Below, piece after piece: positions 50,647 to 62,949 of a DNA stretch of 64,000 bases; positions within the stretch are counted from its first letter, which is position 1, and each line of letters opens with the position of its first letter. The stretch lies in assembly GCA_951406725.2 (NCBI GenBank), contig OX597824.1:19716001-19780000 (forward strand), read 5' to 3'. The stretch comes from Octopus vulgaris (taxonomy: Eukaryota). A program made the translations under genes and the position numbers. The notes under the pieces are model-generated. The model ran no database searches. It worked only from the letters and a program-made list of their open reading frames with translations, and was not told the origin of the DNA.

Positions 50647-50779
50647 ATGGTGTATGTATGTATGTATGTGTGTGTATATATATATATATATATATAATGT
50701 GTGTATATATGAGACCCAGATTTCCAAAGATTTTATTTTAAAGATCTCAGCAAGGAAACTTTGCTTTCACTTATTCAAT

Positions 50780-50813
<34 letters not shown>

Positions 50814-50956
50814 ATGGTGTATGTATGTGTGTGTATATGTATATATATATATGTATGTATATATATGAGACCAGATTTCCAAAGATTCTATTTTAAAGAT
50901 CCTCAGCAAGGAAACTTTGCTTTCACCTATTCAATAGCTCTTTCTCTTTCTTTTTT

Positions 50957-51015
<59 letters not shown>
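50600..51015 (+). repeat. ~170-bp tandem duplication delimited by (CT)n tracts
   Basis: TTTATGGTGTATG...CAGATTTCCAAAGATT...CAAGGAAACTTTGCTTTCAC..TATTCAATAGCTC occurs twice. Confidence 0.9.
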
Positions 51016-51019
<4 letters not shown>

Positions 51020-51483
51020 AAAATCGCTTCCTCTCATAAACAGGAAGACTACAAGAAGTGTCGTCCCAGCTGTGAATTTCTTTACTCACTCTTGTGTGGT
51101 TGTTGTGTGTGTATTATTATTATTATTATTATTGTGTGATGCGGTGATTAGGACCGAATCAGAAAATTTGATAGATAGGTAGATAGATGATTGAAATAGA
51201 AAATAATAATAATAATAATGATAATAATAACGTGTGAGAGAGGACGAATGAAACTAGAAGATAAATAAGATCGTCGTCAATTAAGCAGGAACAACAGTGC
51301 TAGAAACGTAGATAGTGTATGTATTAAGAGATAGAGGTGTTGGTGGCAAAGTATTATAGCAGTTGTGGAAAATCTGCCTTGCCAGAGACCGACCGACGAC
51401 CACTGTCAGTTGCATCCAGGCTTTTGCGTGTGTGTGTGTGTGTACCCTCTTCCATTTCACTCAATCTGTTTACAATTTGAACA

Positions 51484-51519
<36 letters not shown>

Positions 51520-52490
51520 CTTCCTAAAGTGTTGAGAATCTTACTTTGTAATCAGTAGTGCTTGTTCTAACGAACAAAACACGCGGGAATATGCGTATGT
51601 ATGTATGTATGTATGTACATGTATATTTCATGGCGGTTGCTCCAGCGTGGTCGCGGTCTAATGACTGAAACAAGTAAAAGATTGTGTGTGTGTGTGTGTG
51701 TGTGTGTATGTATAGCTGTGGTTTCTAATAAAGATTTTTTTGTATTTGAGTATTTTTGCCTATTTGGTTGTCAACATAAAACCATTTGTATATATGTGTG
51801 TGTGTGTTTCTACGAATGCTCTGTGTGTGTGTGTGTGGCTGTAATTTTAAAGCCCTCTCCGGGATCGGCTACCTTGTGGTTACTTTGTTTGTTGATCATA
51901 AATGTGGTGGTGGTATCTCTGAAATTTACTTCCAAGCACGAACACTCCGATTTATGAAGAGGTCAGTTGAAAACGTGATTGTGCCTATCCATCTTCAGGC
52001 AATTAACAACAAAAAATAGTGGTTCTAAACTGAATATTTTTTAATAATAATAATAATAATAATGATAATAATAATAGTGGGTTCAGATTTCTCGGAGTAG
52101 CAGAAATGGTAATGTTGGGTCATGTAAGGGAGTTTGTTAAATTTGAGTTGAAATAATTTTTCGTGTTACAGTGTTTTTAAGTCCAGGGTGGAGAGAAAAC
52201 GGGAGCTCGTGGGGTTCATCTTTATCTGTGTGTGTGTGTGTGTCTTCATGTAAAAGTGGTTGTAACAATGAATCGTAATTGAAATTAATTTACACGCTCC
52301 TCCATGCACGTTCGCGAGAGCGTGTACGTGCGTGCGTGCGTGTGTGTGTGTGTATATGCATGGGCAAATATGTATATGAATGGATAAATTTATGTGTGTG
52401 TGTGTGTATACACGCACTTTGAAATGCGTTTTATGAATTTGTACGTCAATAAACAAGACGTGTAAATATCTCTTATATATATATATATGC

Positions 52491-52525
<35 letters not shown>

Positions 52526-53496
52526 CATACACACATTCGTATGTGTGTGTATGCTTTGTTGTCTCCGTGGTCCATGCGTCTATATTAATGACTCATACCA
52601 AACGACAAAACACCTGACCCAACTCTAAGGCCCCCAGACAGACATATAATGGTTATATAGAGAGGATTTAGCTAGGCAGGTCACGCCTTCGGGGGTTACA
52701 CAAGCTTGTATAATTTCAGATAAGCAAAGGTCATATTCCTGTTAGCCTGGCACGTCACTTTTTGGGCCGAGAAAAATAGCACACACACATGTAAGCATAA
52801 TGTGTGAGAGAGACTGGGTTAGTGTGAGAGATTTATATAGAAGTAGAGGGGCCAGCTTCGGTTTTGTTTTGTCCTATATGTATGTAGATTACTTTAAGGC
52901 GTGTTTCTGTTATGCAAGCAATGGACTGACTGCTATGCAGGATACTTTTCAATCCCCATATGTCAACCTACCTTCTCTCGTGTGTGCTCCACGCTGCCAT
53001 CTCCCTGCAAACACACCAACAGAGCCATACTACACACATACATATCTAAACACACACACATACATACACACTTATATAATATATATTCTCACTACTGTCT
53101 TGTGACATAAGGGTGTGTGTGTGTTAATGACATGAAGAACAGAAGTTCTATGTGAAAATTCTAATGTTGCGATTCAAAATTGTAAACGAAAACCTTAGCT
53201 GCTTACAGAAGGTTTGTCCCATTCTTAAATTAAAAGAAAAACGAAAAAAAGCAAAACATTTCTTTATCCTTTTTGTGTTTTACCAAAATCTTCCACGTGT
53301 CCAATTCTTAATTAAGAAAAAAAAAAAATCTCTTTTTTTTTTTTTTTTACCAAAATTTTATTCTTGTCCTATTCTTAATTCTAAAATAGAAAAGAAAAAA
53401 AAAATCGCCTTGTGTATATGTGGGTGTTGAAACTGGATAGAGTAATTTCAACGGATTGTTTCGCTCTTGTCTTAAAAAAAATGGCTTGCTTACCAT

Positions 53497-53868
53497 TACC
53501 AACCACATGGTTCTGGGTTCAGTCCCACTGTGTGGCACCTTGGGCAAGTGTTTTCTTCTATAGCCTCTGGCCGACCAAAGCCTTGTGAATGGATTTGGTA
53601 GACAGAAACTGAAAGAAGCCCGTCGTATATATGTATATATGTATATGTATGTATGTGTGTGTATGTGTGTGTCTGTGTTTGTTCCCCCAGCATCGCTTGA
53701 CAACGGATGGTGGTGTGGTTACATTCCTGTAACTTAGTGGTTCGGCAAAAGAGACCGATAGAATAAGTACTAGGCTTACAAAGAATAAGTCATGGGGGTC
53801 AATTTGCTCGACTAAAGGCGGTGCTCCAGCATGGCCGCAGTCAAATGTCTGGAACAAGTAGAAGAGAG
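53497..53868 (+). mobile_element. SINE family A
   Basis: TACCAACCACATGGTTCTGGGTTCAGTCCC...CCTTGGGCAAGTG...CCAGCATGGCCGCAGTCAAATG. Confidence 0.9.
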
Positions 53869-54563
53869 TATATTGGAATTATTAAATAAAAAAATCATGA
53901 AATGGAAGGACTCTCCTTAAACTGGTAGATTCTTCCTCCTCCATAAATGAATTCATTACTTTTGTATAATGGCACTGGTTAGTGATTGTACTAGCTGTGG
54001 TGCGTTTAGGTTAATAGTTCTACCCAGGTCAGCTTTCATGCCATTAACTTAAGATCAAAGGCAAACCAGCTGTGACCAACAATCTATATCTTTTTTTTTT
54101 TTTTTTTTTTTTATTATTATTATTTCAGACATATTGTAAGTCTATATTATTCAACATATATATATTTCGCCCCCCCCCCTCCCAGCCCCAAGCCAGTCAG
54201 CTGACTCGGTTGAGGTCTTCCTTGGCAATCCCATGATTTAGTGTGTTTGCCTTGTGTGTGCACTGAGGTAAGCAGTTGGGCTGCACCCATATATACATAA
54301 CCTGCACTCGCGCTGACTCAAATTTATTGGTCATATCCAACACACAATGAAAACACTGTGGTTGTCCTTTCAGAGAGCAGAACAGTTTTGTGTGGGTGAT
54401 ACCTTGTATATTAATGATTGGCTGGAGAGAAAACCAGGAAAACACAAAAAGAAAAGGTTATTTTTCTATAGTCACATACACGTTGTTATTTTTAGGTTCC
54501 TGCTCCATTATGGCCACAGCCTTTTGGGCTAAAACATATAAAAGAATGTGTGTGTGTATATAC

Positions 54564-54600
<37 letters not shown>

Positions 54601-54651
54601 CAAACATCCATACATACATACATACATACATACATACATACATACATACAT

Positions 54652-54795
54652 ACGGAGTCCACTCTATAAGATGGTTGGTGTTAGGAAGAGCATCCTGCTG
54701 TAGAAACCATGCCTGAATAGACAGTGAAGCCAGGTGCAGTCGTCTTCCAAACCATCCAACCCATGCCAGCATGGAAAACAGACATTTGATGATTA
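54652..54795 (+). mobile_element. SINE family C fragment
   Basis: TGGTTGGTGTTAGGAAGAGCATCC...CCAACCCATGCCAGCATGGAAAACAGACATT. Confidence 0.75.
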
Positions 54796-54876
54796 TATAT
54801 AAATATATATAGATATATATACATATATAGATATAGATATCTGTAAATGTAGTATGTGACAGTTATTCAGTAGCCA

Positions 54877-54939
54877 TGATAAAACTCCGAGTTTCTGATG
54901 CCTAGGTGGAAATCCACGCCACCATCTCTTCAGTTATCA
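54877..54939 (-). ncRNA. Minimal type I hammerhead-ribozyme motif in a Penelope-like fragment (~54842-55035)
   Basis: Minus strand reads TGATAA-CTGAAGA-GATG...CATC-A-GAAACTC-G-GAGT-T-TTATCA: stem I TGATAA/TTATCA, core CUGAAGA and GAAA, stem II GATG/CATC, palindromic stem III, NUH=GUU; fragment flanked by (TA)n. Confidence 0.6.
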
Positions 54940-55032
54940 GATTAATTGTCACATATTACATTTACAGATAAATTCCTCTATTTACACAATATCGAGGTCT
55001 CTTTCTTTCTTTTGTTGTCTTACTATTTTTAT

Positions 55033-55089
<57 letters not shown>

Positions 55090-55091
<2 letters not shown>

Positions 55092-55490
55092 CTTTCTATA
55101 GGCTCAAGGCCTGAAATTTTTTAAGGGAGAGGGACCAGTCGATTACATTGGCCCCACTTCTTGACTTGTAATTATTTTATGACCCCCGGAGGGATGAAAG
55201 GCAAAGTCAATCTCAGTAGAATTTGAGCTCAGAACGTAGCGGCAGACGAAATTTAATAATAATGATAATAATCCTTTCTTACTATATGCACAGTGCCTGG
55301 AGTTTTTTTTAAGGATGGGGACTAATCAGTTACACCAATCCCCAGTACTCAACTGGTATCTATTTTATCGCCCTCAAACAGATAAAGGCTAAAAAAATCA
55401 ACCTCTGCAGAATTTGAACCCAGGACATAAACATGCATAAAATTCCAGAAAATGTTTTGTCCAGCTTGCTAATAACAATTCTGCCATCTC
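55090..55490 (-). mobile_element. Two diverged family B SINEs
   Basis: GATGAAAGGCAAAGTCAA...GAATTTGAGCTCAGAACG, followed by a second similar copy. Confidence 0.7.
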
Positions 55491-55769
55491 ACCATCTCAC
55501 CATCTTCATAAGAATATAAATATAATAAACATTAAAAGAAAATATTTCATTTAATATTTCTTCTCCTTTGATCATATCTTAGCTGATTTGGTTTTATAAG
55601 TATGAATCGATTTGAATATCTACTTATTATGAATTTTTGCACTTTTAGTGAAATGCTTAAAGTACAAATCTCAATGGTAGATTTCTTGAAATAATCGGAA
55701 TCAGAATTCTTTGTTTGTTTAAAACATTTATTATTTCATGATTTGTTGGTATTTTATTTCCTATCTCCG

Positions 55770-55963
55770 CCGTGCCGATGGCTCATAAAATGCATCGACT
55801 ACACTCTTGGAGTGGTTGGCATTAGGAAGGGAACCCAGCTGTAGAAACCTTGCCAACACAGGGCTGGAACCTGGCGCAGCTCCCTGGCTTACGGGTTTTC
55901 AATCAAACTGTCCAATCTATACCAGTATGGGAAGTGGACATTAAATGATGATGATGATGATGA
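55770..55963 (+). mobile_element. SINE family C with (TGA)n tail
   Basis: GAGTGGTTGGCATTAGGAAGGG...GGACATTAAATGATGATGATG. Confidence 0.75.
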
Positions 55964-56089
55964 TATCTGTGAGTGGGTGTATAGGAAAGACAGTTTTTTA
56001 GTTTTTCACTTGAAAAACCACATGGTACCTGGTTCGGTCACTAATGATATGTTTTTCTTTCTCTTTTTTTGTTTGTTTTTGTTACCATT

Positions 56090-56527
56090 TGGTGTGGCTG
56101 TGTGGTAAGTAGCTTGCTTACCAACCACATGGTTCCAGGTTCAATCCCACTGCGTGGCACCTTGGGCAAGTGTCTTCTACTATAGCCTCGTGCTGACCAA
56201 AGCCTTGTAAGGGGATTTGGTAGACGGAAACTGAAAGAAGCCTGTCATATGTGTGTGTGTTTGTGTCTGTGTTTGTCTCCCCCACCCCCCAACATTACTT
56301 GACAACTCTTTCTATTGCTAGATACCCTTTCTGATACCAACCATTTTACAACCAATGCTGGTGTGTTTATGTCCCCATAACTTAGCGGTATGGCAAAAGA
56401 GACTGATAAAATAAGTACTAGGCTTACAAAGAATAAATCCTGGGGGCGATTTGCTCGACTATAGGCGGTGCTCTAGCATGGCCGCAGTCAAATGACTGAA
56501 ACAAGTAAAAGAGTAAAGAGCAAGAGT
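56090..56527 (+). mobile_element. SINE family A, full length with a short internal insertion
   Basis: TGGCTGTGTGGTAAG, GGTTCAATCCC, CCTTGGGCAAGTG and GACTGAAACAAGTAAAAGAG tail. Confidence 0.9.
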
Positions 56528-56837
56528 ATGAAAGAAGGGAGACAACCAATTTCTCTTAAAATCCTTAAAATTTCACTTCGAGAGGGGGATGAAGGTGTTG
56601 TTCAGTGAATTAGTTGAAAGGTATATGAAATTGGCAAGCATGGGTTACATGAATGGGTCTCCTTTGAACATGCACCAGTAGGTTAAAAAATATTGCTGGG
56701 TGAGGGTTCCCTTTGTAGTCAAAGTTAACCTGGATTTGTGGGGCTTGTAAATTGCTCTTGACTGGAGGTCCTTCTTTCAGGATTTTATTGTTTCCTGTCA
56801 ACCACCTCATTAATTTTTTTCATTTCATTCTATTTCA

Positions 56838-57240
56838 TCTCTCTCTATATATATATATAAAGCTGAAGTTGTCTGTGTATGGCAGGTTCGGTAGCCTTCA
56901 ACTAACACTATCTCCTCCGAGACCCTGCAGCGCAAGTTGACCAAAATTGAGAGTATGATAGAAGAAGGCTTGCTCTTCCTTCCGTAGAAGAAAAAATTCA
57001 AATTGGACCATGTTAAGACCAAAAATTATTTACATCAAAAAGGTGCTTTTTTTTTTCTATGAAAATCCCTGTTTTTTACGATTTTTTGACTGCCGTGTCG
57101 CCATTTTTCGGTGTATTTCAACCAGAAAAATGTTCACTTAAAGAGAATAACAAGCTACATAATGCAGAATTTTTACTTTTCAAAAATTCCAATTCTAAAG
57201 GGTCGAAACAAACCCGAGCAATGCCGGGTGATACTGCTAG
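56838..57240 (+). mobile_element. Non-autonomous Helitron-like element
   Basis: Inserted between A and T; 5' TC(TC)nTATATATATAAA; subterminal GC hairpin CCCGAGCAATGCCGGG; 3' CTAG; no TSD. Confidence 0.75.
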
Positions 57241-58785
57241 TTTCTATATAAATCCTATCATTTTTTTGGAACTTGCTCATCTAAAATCCTCTTTATCTTT
57301 GCCTCTGTGACAATAATAAAGAAGATATTATGAGGGCAGTCAATTGACAAAATTGTCAGAGCATCAGGCAAAATACCTTGTAGAGCTTCTTTCAAATCAT
57401 TGCATTCTGAGTTCAAACCCTGCCTGGATCATCTATGTCTTTCATACTTTTGCAATTGATAAATATGTACCAGTCAGGTAAACCCTTCCCCTCAAAATTA
57501 CTAGCCTCGTACTCCAAGGTGGATGTTGCTTTCTGTTTTACTGTGATTACTGAAATTAATATCAATATATGTCTTGCAAACAACTTGCACATGCAAGTGC
57601 TACTAGTCAAAAGCTCCGTTAACCGGAAGCCAGCAAGTGTATGGGGTCATCAGGAGAGAATGCGCGCCGTTTCGGGGCCTACCTCTCGACGGCATCAATG
57701 CGCACCAGCCCCCCTCATTGATATGAGGCCCTGCTTGCTAGATCAGCTGGTTATGAAGTTAAACTCAATATCCTTCTAGCCATTGCTCATCGTCTCTTTT
57801 TAACCAAATCCAGTGGCTAGCCTTCTCCACTGTAGATTGGATGTCAGTCATGGTGGTATTGACTTTACGATGAGTTAGGCCTAGCGATAACAACAGTCAA
57901 ATCTTGTCTTTTAGTTTTGATCTGTCAGTCTCACACCAAACTAAGTAACTCTTCTTGATTTTAGTAAGAATGCACGAAAGCGCCAACACCATTCCATCGT
58001 CATTATTTTTGGGACTTTTTGTTTGGTTTTCATTAATATTATTTAATTTGTGAATTTGGTTTTGGTTTACAAAAAAAAAAAATGAAGAAAAATCTAAAAA
58101 CTGCTGTTCAGCTAACAGGCCAGACTTGTTCGAGTAAGCTTGTGGCTGTCATGAAGGAAATAGCTGCGACATCTATGGACTGGCCTCTAGAACTTTCTGC
58201 ATCTCTCCTATTTTGGTAGCAGGGTGTAGCTAACGTTGGAGCAAGCAACCTTGGTAAACGATAGCAAAGTTAACAAACAAAAAACAAAATGCCAAGCTGA
58301 GGAGTTAGACATGTAAAAAACGAAGATTGCAGGGAGTTGGTTGAGAATGAATGAAAGAAAGAGAGAGGAAGAGAGAGTGATGGTAGTGGCGGCGACGGCG
58401 AAGGAGACAGCGAGACAGTGGGTCGGGGGTGGGGAAGAATTGGTTGGTAGCTGTTGTGATGGCGGCGGTGGTGGTGGCGCCGCTGATGTTGGCGGGTGTT
58501 TAGTGGAAAGTACTTTACACATGCAGGTGAACACATGTATTACTGCCCAAAATATGATACCCCACCCCCACCCTACCACCACCACCACCACCACCATCAT
58601 AACCACAATCATCATTGTCACTGCATGTCATATTTAGGATATTTTCTCAGGTTTTTTTTGTTTTATGTATGTTTTTTTTTTTTTAAATATTGTCACCTGT
58701 TCATGCTTAATTCTTTGATGTACCACATCCTCATACACATTCATAGGTGCATGCGTCCAGGTAAACTACATACTTACACGTATAA

Positions 58786-59175
58786 GGCAGGCGAGCTGGC
58801 AGAAACGTTAGCACGCCGGGCGGGCGAAATGCGTAGCCGTATTTCGTCTGGCATTACGTTCTGAGTTCAAATTCTGCCGAGGTCGACTCTACATTTCATC
58901 CTTTCGGGGTCGATAAATTAAGTACCAGTTACGCACTGGGGTCGATATAACCGACTTAATCCGTTTGTCTGTCCTTGTTTGTCCTCTCTGTGTTTAGCCC
59001 CTTGTGGGTAGTAAAGAAATAAGTATTTCATCTGTCTTTATGTTCTGAGTTCAAATTCCATTAAGGTAGATAAAGTACCAGTTGTGTACTGGGGTCGATA
59101 TAATCGACTTAATCCGTTTGTCTGTCCTTGTTTGTCCTCTCTATGTTTAGCTCCTTGTGGGCAATAAAGAAATAA
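58786..59175 (+). mobile_element. Dimeric family B SINE
   Basis: Full copy 58786-59021 plus a truncated second unit; flanks CTTACACGTATAA / CTTACGTATAA resemble a TSD. Confidence 0.85.
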
Positions 59176-59269
59176 CTTACGTATAATTCACATTTCATAC
59201 ACACACACACACACACATCATACATACATACATCACACACACTCATGCATTTTCTTTTCTTTTTTTTCT

Positions 59270-60020
59270 TTTTCTTTTACTTGTACAGTCATATCAGAAT
59301 ATGGCCATGCTAGAGCACATCACCTTGAAGAATTTTTAGTCAAATGAACTGTCCCTAGTACTGTTTTTTTAAAAAAATTTTTATTTGAACCTGTTACTTA
59401 TTCTTTTGGTCTCTATTGCCAAACCGCTAAGTTACAGGGATCAAACACCTACATACACACACAGCTTCTTAGTTTCCTTCTACCAAATCCACCCACGAGG
59501 CATTGGTTGGCCTGGGGCTATAGTAGACACTTGCCCAAGGTGCCACTCAATGAAACTGGACTTGGAATCATACACACACACACACACATACATGTTATGC
59601 ATATTAACATTATTCTTTTACACATGTTACCAAAAACAAAACATTTTAACTCTCTCTATCAGTATATATGTATACAATTATGTGCCTTGACTAAGCATTA
59701 GAGCATTTTAGCTTCTATTTCTAGCAAAGTAGGTGTTCTAACACCCTTAGTAATTTTTAAGGACAATTATAGTTTTCCTTTACATACTGCTGTCTATAAA
59801 CATTTTTTTGTATATATGTTTTTGTCCCCCCCAACATCGTTTGACAACCGATGCTGGTGTGTTTACATCCCCGTAACTTAGCAGTTCGGCAAAGAGACCG
59901 ATAGAATAAGTACTAGGCTTACAAAGAATAAGTCCTGGGGGTCAATCTGCTCGACTGAAGGCGGTACTCCAGCATGGCCACAGTCAAATGACTGAAACAA
60001 GTAAAAGAGTAAAAAGAGTA
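59270..60020. mobile_element. Family A SINEs: minus copy 59270-59570 and plus 3' half 59815-60020
   Basis: Matches to the family A body and tail on opposite strands. Confidence 0.75.
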
Positions 60021-60247
60021 TATATATATATATAAACGTTCTTATACATATATGTGTATGTATAATTACCCTTTCGTTTAAGGGCCATAGCTTATCCCCT
60101 TTTCAATGTAGTCCCCATGTTTGTAAGTATTGTTAATAGGATTAAGCTTAGGACATTGTTAACAATGGGCTCCCAATTTCTGCCGTACATAACAGTACAG
60201 CGATGGATCATAGCAATGTTATAGAGAATGACAAAAGCACCTTGCTC

Positions 60248-60285
<38 letters not shown>

Positions 60286-60318
60286 ATCCCCACCCATTGA
60301 TTTTGCTCCATTTGTCGA

Positions 60319-60742
60319 TACGTTCCGAGTTCAAATTCCGCCGAGGTCAACTTTGCCTTTCATCCTTTCGGGGGCCGATAAACTGAGTACCAGTTACGCA
60401 CTGGGGGTCGATGTAATCGACTTAATCCCTTTGTCTGTCCTTGTTTGTCCCATCTCTGTGTTTAGGCCCTTGTGGGTAGTAAAGAAATAAATTTACAAAC
60501 AACAACACTTATTTATTTACTGCCCACAAGGGGCTAAACATAGAAGGGACAAACAAGGACAGACGAACGGATTAAGTCGATTACATCAAGTCCAGTGCGT
60601 AACTGGTACTTAATTTATCGACCCCGAAAGGATGAAAGGCAAAGTCGACCTCGGCGGAATTTGAACTCAGAACATAACAGCAGACGAAATACCGCTAAGC
60701 ATTTCACCCGGCGTGCTAACGTTTCTGCCAGCTCGCCGCCTT
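60319..60742. mobile_element. Tail-to-tail family B SINE pair (plus 60319-60490, minus 60510-60742)
   Basis: Reverse-complementary copies ~20 nt apart; the minus copy is flanked by TSD-like TTTACAAACAAC(AAC)ACT. Confidence 0.9.
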
Positions 60743-61297
60743 TACAAACAACACTGGTCCCTTGCAACAACATTCTCCCTATCTGTAGACAATTCTAGCG
60801 ACAAGCAGCTACTTTCCTAATATTATATTCTGTGACTGACCACAAAGAATCTCCTCTCCTGTGTTGATCAATTACCACTTATTGGAAAGCAGGAGGGATC
60901 TGGACTATTTCCGTTTGATTCTGTTCTGCTCCAGGTCATCCGTTACCAAGGATTCCCATGACTGCAAACCTTTCAGCCATGACCAACTAATCTCTCTTTC
61001 AATCTGTCCTTGCTTTTTCCCAAGGTTTCTGGTTGTTATTTCTAGCAGATTAATCAAACATAAAGATACCTCGCCTTTGTTTGGACATGGGTTGTTGCTC
61101 CTCATACATTGTTGATGCTTTCCGTTTTTATTTACCGTTTTCTAAAACTCATTTCCTAAACCAATGTACATTCTTTGTTTCATTTACTCAGCAGCTTACG
61201 CATTTATACACCCCACAAACAGATCCAATGTGGTCAGTGACGTGGTTGGTTTCTTCTCTCTCACAGTTCTTGTTTTAGCAATATATTTATATATTTA

Positions 61298-61672
61298 CTA
61301 GCACTGTGACCCTGCAACGCCAGGTCATAGTGCTAGTGCATGCATATACAGCTGCGTGTGTGCGTGCACACATACATGCGAGTACTGTCCAAATCTCCGA
61401 CCAATCACATACAGCTAGCTGGCATGCAATTGGTGTATCAAGTTTCGAGCATTTCGATTGGGTTTTGGATAGAAAATTCACAAAAAAAGTAACTTCTATT
61501 GATTTTTTAATGGCTTTGTGGGGTGACTGGGGAAAGGTAAAGATGTGCGCGACCACCATTGGACGTTTTTGAATGACCATAGAAAGTGCGAGCCCTCTAA
61601 CTGAAAAATTGTGGATTTGTATAAAGGGCACACACACACAAACAGACATTTTGCCGTTTATATATAGAGAGA
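61298..61672 (-). mobile_element. Non-autonomous Helitron-like element, second family
   Basis: Minus strand: A|TCTCTCTATATATAAACGGC... ending in hairpin CTAGCACTATGACC-loop-GGTCACAGTGCTAG|T. Confidence 0.75.
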
Positions 61673-62277
61673 TATTTGCACTGGCAAGGCTGTGTGCAAA
61701 GAAGTTTGATTCCGAATCACATTGTTATGGGTTCAGTCCCACTGTGTGGCACTCTGGGCAAACGTCTTCTTCTATAGCCCCAGGCTGACCAAAGCCTTGT
61801 TAGTGAATTTATAGACAGAAATGGCAAGATCGCTTATATCATAGAACTTCAAAAGCCTTGATAGTTTGCTATTCCATACACCCATATAAATAGCTTCTAG
61901 GCACATTTGAATAACCGTCATTATGTTGCCTAGCACATCCATAATGGCCTTACTCGTGATAACAAGGACAATGTCATTCCTTAACGAGGTAAGAGCGGAC
62001 TTCATAAAAATGGTTATTTTTGCTCATCTGTCGATGCTGCTTGTGGTGCTGCATATACAAAGATCACCATTACTCTGACGTTGTGATTAGTTTGAGCTTA
62101 ATTATTCTGTCACATGCTCTGACTACTTCCATTCATCATCATCATCATCATCATCATCATCGTTTAACGTCCGCCTTCCATGCTAGCCCATTACTTAATT
62201 CATTTCTATGCTAATGATGAACCTATCCCACCTGATTCCTACTTAGTTACACATTCACAAGAATTTGTACATAATCC

Positions 62278-62784
62278 TTAACCCTTTCGTTACCATATTT
62301 ATTTTGAGATGCTCTGTGTTTCTCTCAATTAATTTTGAATATAACAAAGAATTTAGTAAAATAACTTAGTTATCATTAAGCTAGTGTTAGGAATATAAAT
62401 TGTGACTAAAGTTTGATGGAAGATTATAATTCAAAACTTATTAAAAGAATTTTTGTTGCGTCTTGCAACCTTTTCAGTAGTCTTAACTCTGTCCGTTATT
62501 TGAAATAACGGACAGAGTCAAGACTATTGAAAAGGTTGCAAGACGCAACGAAAATTTTAGGAAAATAAAAATAAGAAATAAAGTGGAAATTTTACCAGTG
62601 AGTGTGTTACCTTATAAGACACAAAAAGAAAATGACTCTCCCCAGACACAGCAGAATATGCTTCAACACACCAACTCATATAAAGAATCTTGCAAACCAA
62701 ATCCAAAAACGAAATTATTAAAAGAAGATATTTGTACTACAGAGCCAGAGCCAGTTTCAGCCGGGTTGGTAATGAAAGGGTTAA
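62278..62784 (+). mobile_element. piggyBac-type MITE family 1 interrupted by a 265-bp insertion (62450-62714)
   Basis: TTAA-CCCTTTCGTTACC...GGTAATGAAAGGG-TTAA; insertion flanked by the 12-bp duplication TTATTAAAAGAA. Confidence 0.85.
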
Positions 62785-62949
62785 CTGTGATGTATCTTAC
62801 TGAATCACACCTGTAATTTACCACTTGTACGCAAATACACATCCATATCTCCATTCCGGCATCTTCACGGTCTTCCCAGATCTACTTTCTATTGTTCTGA
62901 CATCAAACTGTTTTAAGTACTTGGAATTCCTTGTATTAGTTTGTAGCTT

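Noticed and set aside
54197-54273. GAG|GTAAGC donor-like site with nearby MRE/AP-1-like motifs
   Set aside because: No credible upstream acceptor or coding frame; short motifs are expected by chance.
57435-57779. 114-aa ORF over the GC-rich island
   Set aside because: It starts in a SINE remnant and has no zinc-finger or other motif.
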